Assembly (NCBI RefSeq): GCF_024521635.1
Contig: NW_026250425.1
Coordinates: 310,001 to 374,000, forward strand
Direction of reading: 5' to 3'
Source of the DNA: Tricharina praecox
Lineage: Eukaryota
Length of the DNA stretch: 64,000 bases
Below the pieces are notes generated by a model. The model ran no database searches and had not been told where the DNA came from. It worked only from the letters and a program-made list of their open reading frames with translations. A program made the translations under genes and the position numbers. Positions 37,961-51,214 of the stretch are shown here, one piece after another (the stretch's first letter is position 1; each line of letters starts with the position of its first letter).

Positions 37961-38567
37961 ACTGCAGTCGACTGCCAAAACCGGCAAAAAATCATAAGGC
38001 GACATGAATCACAAGAAAAAAAGCTCCGCGGCGTGTCATCGGTGGTAAAATGGTTGCGGGAAGTACGAGTGTGATCGGCGCACTGCATGAAGGTGACGAC
38101 GCAGCGTTGCTGGTATGATACTAGGCAGGTCTGTAGATTTTGTAATGCACGCAATCTTCCTGGTCCTGTGTGCATTCCCAATAGTTAATGGGCTCGGAAC
38201 AGCAACCTTGCTTACCCCAGTCTTCCACCTGACTCCAGATGTATTTCGAATGGCTCTATTCCCCGTGCTGGACCATCTGCGGCGAGTGATCAGATATGTC
38301 TAAACTGCTCTGGATCCAAGACAGTCCAATTAGGTCCGGCTTAGCCAGGTGAACAGTGAACAAAAATCTGTATGGATACCTGTGTACAGAATCCCCACCC
38401 AGAATCGGCCATCCCATGTTCATCAAAAACTGCTCTTTTCCGCACATACCTGGTACTTCACACCATTCCATGCCGCCCCACCACCCCTAACCCCTAACCC
38501 AGTCCGTCGCGTCCCAGATCCCAGCCAAAGCCCCAGCACAAATCGCGTCCTCCCTCTACATAACTAG

Positions 38568-39780
<1,213 letters not shown>

Positions 39781-39906
39781 GCAATGAATGGGATGGGTGT
39801 AGTTATTGGTGGAAGGGATTTGTACGATATCCCGATTACAGTCGTGGCCGGCGTTAGGCGTTGCATTACAGTGGTCAATTCATCATCAGTTTTTCCTCGT
39901 TTGCTC

Positions 39907-40869
39907 CTACTCAACAACTGCGTTCTGAGCCCGTCCCCTCTCCACCTTCTCCAGTTCAATAGCCTCCTTCTCCTCCCGTATCGCCTGCAGCACCCTTCTC
40001 GTAATCCTATCTCTCTCGTCCAGACTCTCCTGTGTCACACTCCCATACGCCTCCTCCGTCTGCGCAATCACCGTCTCCTCCCACCCCGCCGGGAGATCCC
40101 CCTCGCCCTCCGCCCACACTTCCCTGACCGTCCCGCCCACCTTTTCCAAAAACCCCCTCAACCCGCCATTCTCCAGTTCCCCACCACCATCATGATAACT
40201 TCTAAATGGGCCTCTAACGCCCCACCTCAGACCCACACTATTCTCGACAATCGCATCCACCTCCCTTACTCCCACGACACCCTGCTGCACTAGACCCACC
40301 GCTTCCCTCAACATTACAAACGCGAGCCTATTAGCAACAAACCCCTTCCGCTCCTCCCTGATCACGACGGGTCTATACCCCACGCGCTCCCAGTACTCTC
40401 TCGCCCTCTCGACCACCACCTCCTCTGCCCCCGGGCCGGGCACAATCTCGATCAGCGGCATCACCGCCGGCGGATTAAACGGGTGGACGACGATCAGCCG
40501 CGCGGGACGCTGCATGCGCGCGCCCTGCACGCTCGCGGGGATCCCCGATGTCGAGCTCCAGAGCTGGCATTGCGCGCTGACGAGGCCCTCCACCTCCGCC
40601 CATAATGACGTCTTCCAGGACACGGACTCCGGCCCGGATTCTTGCACGAGGTGTGTGCGGGACGTGCAGGCGTCCGAGAGTGTCGGAGCGATGAGGACGC
40701 GGGAGGCGCCGTAGACGGCGAGCAGCGGCGCGAGGATGGTAGCGAGGTCGGGGCGCGGGTCAAGGATGGTTACGATGCTGCTGCTGGAGGAGCGTAGGTG
40801 CACCGCGGCGAAGGAGAGCCCGATGGTCCCGCAGCCGAGGAGCGTGATGTTTTCCATGGGGAGGAGCAT
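39907..40869 (-). CDS. 3-hydroxyacyl-CoA dehydrogenase family (L-gulonate 3-dehydrogenase/lambda-crystallin- or carnitine-dehydrogenase-like)
   Basis: Rossmann motif GCGTIG, plus QESGPE, SSTSG, HPFNPP..PLIEIV, GFVANRL and GLRW..GPF. Confidence 0.88.
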   Translation of the reverse strand: MLLPMENITLLGCGTIGLSFAAVHLRSSSSSIVTILDPRPDLATILAPLLAVYGASRVLIAPTLSDACTSRTHLVQESGPESVSWKTSLWAEVEGLVSAQCQLWSSTSGIPASVQGARMQRPARLIVVHPFNPPAVMPLIEIVPGPGAEEVVVERAREYWERVGYRPVVIREERKGFVANRLAFVMLREAVGLVQQGVVGVREVDAIVENSVGLRWGVRGPFRSYHDGGGELENGGLRGFLEKVGGTVREVWAEGEGDLPAGWEETVIAQTEEAYGSVTQESLDERDRITRRVLQAIREEKEAIELEKVERGRAQNAVVE

Positions 40870-41511
40870 GGGTTTGTGGGTATGTGGGCTGAGACGGCGG
40901 TGGTGTGATTTTATGTATGTATGTACCTAATGTGTTGGGACCGGTTGCGGGAGCGGGAGTGGGGTGGAGTGGAACGGTGGAGTAGTGAAACTAAAAGTAT
41001 GGGTGGGGCTAGTAGTTAATCCGGGGTATGGGGTATTGGGGTATTGGGGTAATGCAATAGTTAGCACTAGATTATCACATGTCATTCCACCAGTGCTGTG
41101 GGAAGTCGTTAGACGTATGCATATTACGTTGGACTCACCGGAGAACCACGCTCGAACACTTCATGGCGTTGGAAGGTTGGGAAGTTGTGGGTAGCAGGCT
41201 TCCGACATACGCGGTGCAGGGCTGATTGACGTACGACGGTATTTACAGTTTTACATACGAGAGGGGGAATTGCGCCGACGGTCCACACGTCCACACAGAT
41301 CGTTCAACCGGACCATTTCCGCAGCACACGTATGGGCACATGTATCAATGATCAAATGGGCGCACTCGAGTCTCGAGCAGCACATCGTTTGACATCAAAC
41401 TATCGCGGTAGAATTCCAAAGCCCCCACCGCCGCCAAAATGCAAAAACTAAGTAAGTAAATACAGCCAGCCCTATACATAAATCCCCACGTGCGTGCGTA
41501 CATAACGCATC

Positions 41512-43428
41512 CTAGTTCTTTTCCGCGGCCTGCAGTACGGTGGTACCAGTAGCGGTCTTTCCGTCCTCGCCGAGCTCGACCGCCGCAACCCGTGGCGAGT
41601 TCGGCGTCGCCTCCTCGTCCATGAACTTTCCTTGCTCGATCACGCCGAAGATGTTGTCCATCTCCTCGAGCGACATGCCCTTGGTCTCAGGAACGAAGAA
41701 GTAGGCGAAGAAGAACATGCCGAAACAGAAGGACCTAGAGAGAAAAAACAAACAGGTTAGTCGGGAGCGAGAAAGTGGGGGAAGAGGGGAAGACAAACCC
41801 GTATATGAAGTAGGTACCGTAACCGCCCTTTCCAACGCTGACCATCATGTTCGGCGTAGCCCTGGCGACAACGAAGTTGAAGAGCCATTGGGTAGCGGCG
41901 GCAATACCGACGTTCATAGCTCTGAGGCGGGCGCTGGGGATTTCAGACACGTAGATCCAGCAGACAGGGCCCCATCCGAACTGGAAGAACGAGGCGAAGA
42001 GGAAGATCATGACGATGGCGATGTAACCGGCAGGAGGCACATCGGCACCCTTGACTGGCGGGTCGAAGCGCACGTAGAAGCCAATGTAGTACATGGACAG
42101 GCCCTGCGCGATCGAGGTCCAGAGGAGCGACTTCCGGCGACCGAGAGTGTCCGCGACGAAGATCAGGAATGTTGCGCAGGTTACCATCTTGACGATACCG
42201 TAGATACCCGTGGCGAAGAGACCGGTTTCGGTAGAGTTGAGTCCGAGATTGGCCTACGTCCGTTAGTGCGGTTCATTAAAACTCAAAGGAAGGGGGGGGC
42301 TCACAAAGATCTGAGGAGCGTAGTAGTTGATGGCGTTGGTTCCAGTCATCTGCTGGCAGATCATGAGACCGATCGATAGGAGGGCACGGTTTCGGTTTCC
42401 ACGGACACCCCACATCTCCTTCTGCAGGTCCCAGAAGCCGGCGCCGGCGACGAGGCGCTGCTCCATCTCGAGGTGCTCACGGATCTCGGCCAACTCGCTC
42501 TGGACGTAGGGGTGGTCGACGGGGAGGTTGCGGACCCTGGCCAGAGTGGTGGCCGCCTTCTCCCATTGGTCGCTGCGTGCAAGCCATCGAGGTGACTCGT
42601 TGCTAACCAACATGCCGACACCGAGACAGACGGCGGGAAGGCCTTGAAGCGCGAGGGAAATGACGAACTGCCTGTCACCGGTTTGGTGCAGGAGGTTGCC
42701 GTAGTTGATCCAGAAGGCGATACAGATACCACTGACGATCTGTAGTCCGCTAGTTAGCCTTGCTCGCGATTCCCGGGGGAAAGACATGACTTACAAAGAA
42801 CTGGTACATTCCGGTCAAAGCACCACGGATGGCTCGAGGGGCATTCTCGGAAGTGTACAGAGGGTTCAACATGGATGCAGCACCGACAGCGAATCCGGTG
42901 ATGAGACGGCCGATATACATGACTGAGAGGATTCCGTTCGATGCAGCTTGCATAGTTGTTCCGATGATGGCGATACAGGCACAGCCGAAAAGAGAGGCCC
43001 TTCGACCATACTTATCGGCGAACCAATAGGCCACGAGAGCTCCAAAGAAACATCCGGCTTGTAGAGTCGAGACGATATTGGCTTCCAGATCGGCCCCTGC
43101 AAACAAGACATGTCAAAACTCCGTGGTCAGGGAAATCGGGGAGGAATAGATCAACAACGTACCAGCAACTGGACTGAGGTCCTGTAACCCGAATTTCTTC
43201 CGGAAGGTGTCCATCTTCAGGACACCTCCGATGATACCGGTGTCCATACCGAACAACGCACCAGCAAAACAAGCTGAGCACGAAAGAACGTAGACCCTCC
43301 AGTTGTAGATCTCTATGATGGTAGATGGGTCAGCATAGTTGTGGCCTCAGGGCGTCAGGGAGCAACGAACCTGGGGGATCATTTTTCATGGCATCGTTCT
43401 TGACGACTTTTGTAAGTAAACCTCCCAT
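41512..43428 (-). CDS. MFS sugar porter, quinate permease / D-galacturonate transporter (GAT-1/QutD-like)
   Basis: Multi-exon gene. N-terminus [35 protein letters not shown]; sugar-porter motifs [40 protein letters not shown] and PETKG. Confidence 0.9.
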
Positions 43429-46400
43429 GGTGGAAATGTGTGATCAGTGTCGTCTCGTCCCTCGAGTACAAAGTTCTGTATTCCCGGATTGTGTCGGGCA
43501 GTGATGGGTGAGGAAGTTCAATCAAGGGCTTCTTCCAGTTCGAGGGAGAACGGGGGACAATATAACAGTATATATACCTATGCTCGATCCGCCCAGCACA
43601 TGCCGGTGTCCAGTGTCTCCTGCCCGAGTGGGGGGGTGGGGAGGGAGGTCGGTCGCGAGGCGTGTATGCCGGGTGCAGATTGATGCATCCACCGACGTGG
43701 GAACAGAGCACACTGCTTCCTCGGTACCACTACATGCGATGTCCGGCGGAAGGGGTGAGTATTCGCATCAAATCCGCACACCCAAAGCGGACTCTTCTGG
43801 AGCTCGGGATTCGGGCCAATTTACGGTGGGTGTATGGCACTTTTTGCGGTGGTACTTTTTGCGGTGGTTGAGAAAGGTCCTCGCTTGGGGCCATCGGTGC
43901 TCTAGCTTGCCCAGCCAATCTGTATGTAGATGGACGGGGAGGAGGGAGTACGTATGGCTCACGAATTGTGTTGTCGATTTTGCCCGCCGAAGACCCCGGC
44001 ATCCGCGCCTGGGTCCTGTCCCCAGTGGCACGCGTGGTGGTTGGACGGTGGGCTCAGTCGCCACCACCACCTTCACCACCACCACCACCACCACCATAAA
44101 CCTCCACCACCATAAACCTCCACCACCACCACCGGCTGCAATCCTATGGCCCGCCAGTAAATTTACCCTAGTCGGGTGAAATGTGAAACGCTTGTGTGGA
44201 CGAAAGAAAGCTGGGCTAATTACCGTGGGCAGGCAGGTGGACAGGCAATGGGTATTCTCTCCTTCCTCGACGGTCCGCCTCCAGCCAATCTTGCCCGTCT
44301 TTGTGGAGAAACAAGCCTGTCAACTCCACAGTCGGGCGGCACCCATGTCTTTCCCCACACCGCGCCGGCTAAACCCCATATTAATGGATTGCAGATCTAG
44401 CGCTGGCCCCGAATTGTCAGTGAAGTCGGTGTATCACTCGACATGATGCAGACCGCACACACCGAACACACCGCAGACTGCAGAGACCACACCCACCCGC
44501 CGCCGCCGATGCAGAGTATCGGTCAGATTGTGCAGCGAGAACGACGACGACGAGGACACACACGTCTCCACGTTTCCGGATCCGACGACAAAGTGGCCAC
44601 CCACCCTGCAGCGAACGGGCTGGGGAAAATCCGGGTCCGCGACACACGCATCGCGACAATTCTTTTGGGAGCCCCAGATCGGACTGCGATTCGCTGCCAG
44701 TGTTGGGGCTGCTACTGCTGTCTCATACGTTCGTCTGGGCACGCGGCGGATACGCCGAATCATACCAAGAAACGCACCAAATCCGGGGAACATGCGCTTG
44801 CTACTAGTAAATAGACGTCAAACCTCGCGCAAGCTTATCGGTGTTTCGGACCATCAGCCCGGCGCGGGCGTCGGCCTCCCTCGGCCGCTCGCTCGCTTCG
44901 CTGCCTACCAGGTAGTTCTTCCGTTACTACCGGTCTGGATCGAATCCGAACGAACGAGCGTGCGAGCAGTAAAAGCAAGCAAGCACACATGGCCAGTCCA
45001 GGCCCCATAGTGGTGGACGAGGAGAAAACCAACCTAGTGGGGTAAACGTCATGGGCGCTTCCGCCGAGCACTCTCCCGCCCCCTCAAACCTGGGGGAGAG
45101 TGAACGAGGAAGTCTCGGAAGGGGGAGGGAGGGAATGAGTGTATGTACGTGGCATTGCATGTCATGTTTACTTACTCTTCTCACTTACCAGGCCACGGGC
45201 GTTAATTCAGTTCGATAGATAGGCAGATTCAGCTGCCTACGCATCCCCGGAATAACAGCCGGCACGAGAACGCAGGAGATCCACCCGGAAGACGCGGGTG
45301 TATGGATTATTTTACGAGGAGGAGCACAACGACAGGCACCGCAATCACGGACGACGGAGGCTGTTTGATCCGGATCTTCAGGATCATCTGTATGTACATA
45401 CATACATACATACATACGACCCTACCTATGATTCACTTTACATGTAGCCTGTATGGATCTGGAGGTTTTTCCGTGATCGTACCGTAAGGATCCGGATCGG
45501 AGAAACTATCTATCTATCTGTCTATCTATCTGGGTATGTATGTACCTACGTTGCAGGACGGCAGCGGACTTGTGCATACGGAAGAAACATTTCGAACCAT
45601 GGATAGGAAAGGATGGGCAGTGGCCGCTCCTTCCGTTGAGGGAATTGCGAGCTCGATAGATGATGGCAGGTGGGTAAACAGGCACTTCCCAGAGTGTCAG
45701 TCCACGTTTCCACCACCTCCTCCTCCACCTCCTCCACTTCCTTCTCCACCTCCTCCTCCACCTCCTCCTTCTTCCCGACTTGCGCCATATCTCGTTGGCT
45801 ACGTGGGTATGTCGTTTGTCCGTCCGTAGCCCCCAATGGTACCGTATTGGTAAGTCTTGGATCTGCACGCCAGCAGGCAGGTGAAGGAGGGAAAAAAACA
45901 TCATGAATGACCAATGACCAATGACCAAAGCATGACCATTGCCAGACCGGCAAGTTGTTTGGGGGCAGTTAGTTGTGAGCGGACCCCACATGCATAGAGC
46001 ACTCTACATACATACTTCATAAGTATCTACATCTAGATTCCTGCAAATTACACATGTATGTAGACAGTACATTACATCTCCGCCCCCATCCCCCCCCCCC
46101 ATTCCCCCCATTCCGTTCTGCAAAAGCTGGATTTCCTGAAAAGAGGCGATTCCGTGCTGACTTCCCTTGGCACCCAACACCCAGCACCCACCAATCCCCC
46201 CGATCCCCAGTGCCCAGTGTCTACAGGCAAGGTGGCAAGTTTAGCCGGGGAAGCGGAGGGGAGGGGGGGGTCTGCTCTACCATATTTATCTCCAACCGTA
46301 TCTCCAACCGTATCTGCCAACCGTATCTGCCAACCGCCAGGCCAGCTGTCAGATGTGGAGCACGGCACGGCGCGGCGAGAGCACTTCAAGCTTTTTCTTC

Positions 46401-49000
46401 GGGAGGGAGTGGAGTGGAGTGGAGTGCGAATGAGTAAACAAGAGTAAAAAGGCATGTTGTGGATCTCGATCTCGGCTCGGTTGCATGGGCATTGTAGAGA
46501 TTTTACCTACTCTACTCTATCACCACAACAACCGCCACGGGGAGGGGGGCGAAATACATACTTGGTACATGCTTGGTACATACGAGTGAACTCCGGCCGG
46601 CCGATCGTGATAATTTGCACCGGGACGGGACCAGCAGATGGTGGATTGTGGATTTTAGCGGCTAGTCCGCTGGCTCGGCGGGTTGGGTGGTGGGTGGTCG
46701 GTGGTGGGTGAGCAATTGTCATCGCCACTACCGTACATACATGCGGTATCATGCGATGTCATGCGTTCTGGAACTTGAGTTCTGCGCCACCGACATCGGG
46801 CTGGTTGACAGGTTGGATGGCTGGATGGATGGCACGGGACCAGCTGCAGTAGAATACCAACCTTTCGGCGGCAAACACTACTTAGCTAGCTGTTGGCTTC
46901 GGGCTCGAAGATGCGGCGGAATATCGATGCACCGGTACCGTACTAACTAGTATATAGGGTCGCCGAAGATGTTAGCCTCCTTTCTCGGGGAAGCATGTCT
47001 GACAGAGATGCATAATCGAAGAGTTATTCGTGAAGGTATGTAGGCTCGCGGGTTAGATGGGATGGGGATTATCGTGTCTTGCATGTAACATACATGCATA
47101 CCATACCGTAGTGAGACTTCACTGACAGGTTTTAACGACAGATCTACGGTACACATAGGCATCCAGGCAATATCTTCTCCTACATACGCTGGCGGCCTGA
47201 AAGCCTGGGCTCGTCGAGTCGAATCGTCATCGAGCCGAATGCACCCAGTATGATAGAAGTTCCAGTGACCAGTCCCAGTTCCAGTCATATGTAGCACTCG
47301 AGCCCCTTCCTGAAGATCTTATTGCAGCAGCAATCGATACCCTAGGTACATAGGTATTCGCTCCCCGCTCCCCGCATCCGTTATTTCGGACGGTACCTAC
47401 TGCCTAGACGGTATGAAGACGGTCGATTTGGTCTCCATATCGACAGTGCAAATGCACTTTGGTCCGACCCCACGCTCGACGCGGAATCACAGCACGAGAC
47501 CTATGGACACTGGAGTTGGTGGAGGATCACAGATTCACAGAAGAAGAAACCAGAGTTCAGTAAGTACCTACCGTTTCGAATCATGAACTCTGGCATTAAA
47601 CGAAAAAAAAAACTGAGGGGTACTCTCCTCTCCTCTGGGTGGACGAATGAGGACTGCAGTCCACATTGTACATTGTACAGACATTGATGATTGGTCTGCT
47701 TTCGTGAATCGTGATTTCGGCGCAACCTCTTCACACTGCACTGCACAGTCTTTAGTATTTACCAGAGAGCCGGTGCGTGGTCCGCAGCCAGCCTGCGTGG
47801 CAGGTGCAGGAAACTGTTTACGATATTTGGGCGGCGGGCCCCACGAGCTCACGAGTCCACGTTCGCCGTTGCACCTTCCAGTATTCCACAGTTCCACCGG
47901 GACGTCAGGTGCGAGTACTTGGGTATCACCGACGCACTTTTGGGGTGGAGGGGAAGCAGGTCTTTCAGGCAAGTCGTTCAAGTCATAGAGTAGAGTAGAG
48001 TAGAGTTGAGTGCCTAAAGAAGCAGTTCTCTGCCTGATTACTAGATCTCTCGCACTCAATAGCAGTTGTGTACCAATCCCATCCAGTCCAATCCAGTCCA
48101 ATCCAGTCCAATCCAGCCCAGTACAATCCAGTACACCATCCACACCAGCCACCCATCCTCCACTCATCCTCCACTCACAGCGCAGCACACACACCGGTAT
48201 CATACCAAGACACAAGTACCAACCTCCGCACCCACTGCCCATTACCCACAGCCCACTACCCACAGCCCCGTGATCCCCCATCTGCCAACCCCATCCCGCC
48301 CCCAATTCTCCATGTGCCAATTGACCAGCACCACCAGCACACCTTCCGCATGCACTCCTCGGAGTCGGGGGTCGGCGTATTTCAGCCGAAAGCCCGAGCC
48401 ACCCCTGGCACAGCTGGCGCTCCGCGCACGACAAAAGCTTAAACGGAAGCGTGCGGGGTTGGTGTTTCTCCGACACCTTCCGGATATGCCCCAGCCCCCC
48501 CGCAAGCGAGGGCTTGGATGCTCGGGAGGCGGGCCGGAGGTGGGGAGGGGGGTAGGGGGACACTCTACTCTATACTGTATCTATGATATACATACCTTGT
48601 TTAGGCGTGGGCACTGGGCACTGGGCACTGGGCGTGGTACGGTGGGCGCCTTTGATCCGAGGTGTGGTGCAATGTGGATGGCCCATGAGTGCTGCTGGCT
48701 CGGTTGATTGCGAAGAAAAAACACATGTGGACTGTGGACTGTGGATGCTTACTTAGGCACCTAAATGTGATAGCACCAGTGGATGGGCCCGATAAGTGTG
48801 TCATACTGTCATTGAGATCTGGGTGCGCCTTGCCTTTGCATGTGTCAATCCCCGCCCTTTGGTCTGGCCGCCGGTCTCTCCGGCGGACCCGCTCCCGCTC
48901 AAACGTTTTTCCGGATGTCTCAGTATTGCATTGCATAATACTTACTTAGGTATTCTACATCGAGAAAAAAAGAAGAAAAAAAAGAAGAAAAAAAAGTATT

Positions 49001-50453
49001 CTACTCCAGAACCAGCCTTCCATCCTTCTCCACAATCTTGACGGTCCTCTTCTCATCGAGCGAGACCCTGCCGGCATGCAGGATAGCCGTAGTAATCACT
49101 GTGTTCCTCAGCGTCGGCAGGCCCTTCTTGTCGAAATCCTCGACGGTGGCGGTGCCGGCATTGACACGGTTGCAGGCGTCGACAAACTTCTCAAAGCTGA
49201 CGTAGCCGTAGCCGGTCTGACCGCCGAAGTTTCCGTCCTCGTCGGGCGCGTAGCGCATGTAGAACGGATTGTACCAAGCGATGGCGCCGACATTGTCGTC
49301 GGTAACGTCGTAGCCGCGCTTCGCCTGGTTCGCGCGGATCTCGCCCTGCGACGCCATGTAGTGGAAGTACTGGTTGGAGTGCACGCCGGCCTTCTGCGGC
49401 GCCGTCCACGACGCCGTGTACACGCCCGTCGCGACCCGCGCCCGGTCGTCCCGCTTCGCCCAGTCCGTCAGCAGCGTGATGGTGTCTTCGGTGCCGGCGA
49501 CGCAGCCGAGGTCGGTGGCGCAGCCGCGCGAGCCGGAGGCTGTCACTTGCGTAGGCACCCAGTCGGGAACCATCGACTCGTTGATGTCGACGTGGTGCGA
49601 GTTGAGGTAGTAGCTGATGTCGCTGTCCTTGCCGGCCCACGCCTTGAACGTCTCGAGCTGCGACTTGGGCTGCGACATGTACGAGTAGAAGTAGTTGAAG
49701 TCGCCGAGCGTCTTGGCCTTGGCCCGCGCATCCGAGTAGACGGGATCGTAGCGCTTGTGGTGCTCGATGTACACGAACACGCCGTGTTTGGCGGCCGCGT
49801 CGAGGAGTGCGTAGTGGTCCGTCAGCGTCTTGGTTGCGGGCTTGGTGATCAGGACGTGGATCTTGCGCTCAATGGCGTACAGTGCGATGTCGAAATGTGT
49901 GGTGTCGGGAGTACTGCGGAAAAGAAGACGTCAGTCACCAGCTCGCTCGCTCGCCCGCCATCGCTCACACCGGGGGTGGGGAAACAAACAAGATAGTGAT
50001 AGCATCTCCAGGGCTCAACGCATCGATAGCCGTCTTGTACGATTCGGGATCGATCTTATCGTCTGCGGGGAACGACTTGAAACCGACATCGAGGCCATTG
50101 TAGACGCCCTTGATGTTTGTCTCCAGATGCTTGCGAATGTCGGGGTACTTCTTGCCGTTGACGCCGACCATCGAGAGGTCTCCCACCTTGCCCCGCCGAC
50201 GCAGGTCGAAGAATGTCAGGCCCACTACACCGACCTGATTACTGCGTGTCAGTGTACGAATGGTTTAACGGAGGGAAAGAGTTGGGAGACGGACCTTCTT
50301 GTCTGATTTCGAACCCCCCGAGCCGGTCCAGCCGGTCGTGTACTCGCCAGTCCCCACCTAGTTGCGGCAAACCATTAGTTGTGCTGGTCGACAGAGAGTG
50401 TGTATGTATATGTGTATGTGTGTACATACCATGAGAACGTTGACAGGAGCCAT
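49001..50453 (-). CDS. gaaA: D-galacturonate reductase (Gfo/Idh/MocA fold)
   Basis: Exons rebuild MAPVNVLM|VGTGEYTTG..SDKK|VGVVGLTFFDLRRRGKVGDLSMVG..|TPD..IEHHKRYDP..YMSQPKSQLETFKAWAGKDSDISYYLNSHH..SWTAPQKAGVHSNQYFHY. This closely matches Aspergillus niger GaaA as recalled. Confidence 0.92.
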
Positions 50454-51214
50454 ATCTGCGATTGGTATGTGTGTATGTATCAGAATTCGTATGTATATGT
50501 GTAGGCCCGGTGTTTTCAATACAAGTCTGCACTGCTGCCAAAGGAAAGGTTTTCGAAGCGGATTTTCGTCAACTACAATGGAACAAAGCTCTTCTTTAAC
50601 GAGCGGACCCTGACGAATCTATATTCCCAGCTGGCAGCACGAAGCAAGGCGCGAATGTCCGTACGCCTGCTCCGGACCATCTCTCGGTCGCCGGTTTTCC
50701 GAGGTGCAGTGCAGTGCAGCAATCAAGCGTAGCATCCATCCCCCGACGAGGCGAAACGCACGCAGCGAGAATCCGACGATGGGAAGGAACAATCGAGGGG
50801 AATTTTGACGCCATAGCACCCCGCAGTCGGCTAAGGCGAATCTCAATACACCGAGCTATACATAGTTGCTATATTCAGCATTAAGGCTGAACGAAGCAGC
50901 AGATCCGTGGTAGTTACTAATGGTTAGCTGCATGTGGGGTATGTATCAGCCATTTAGGCGCGGCGGGATCTTGTCGTTTCTCCACCGAACATCAACCGTT
51001 CAGATTCCGTCCTCCACTAGGTGGGTGACTACGAGCGAGTGGGCACTGGGTAGACCTCAACGATCCCGTAGATATAGAGCCGTGCAAACGGTACACACGC
51101 TCGGAAAATCCACTCGCGTACCTACAGTATTTTCTTATTACCTGTCCCAAACAATCCCCCCCATCTCCCAAGGAGAAAAAGAAAAGAAAAGAAAAAACCC
51201 TTAACGGAAAAAAA

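Noticed and set aside
38484..38500. CCCCTAACCCCTAACCC telomere-like sequence
   Set aside because: Only about two imperfect units in a promoter; not an interstitial telomere array.
47568..48707. 331-aa and 213-aa ORFs between the transporter and gaaA
   Set aside because: They run through microsatellites (ATCCAGTCCA, AGAGT) and have no protein-like composition or motifs.
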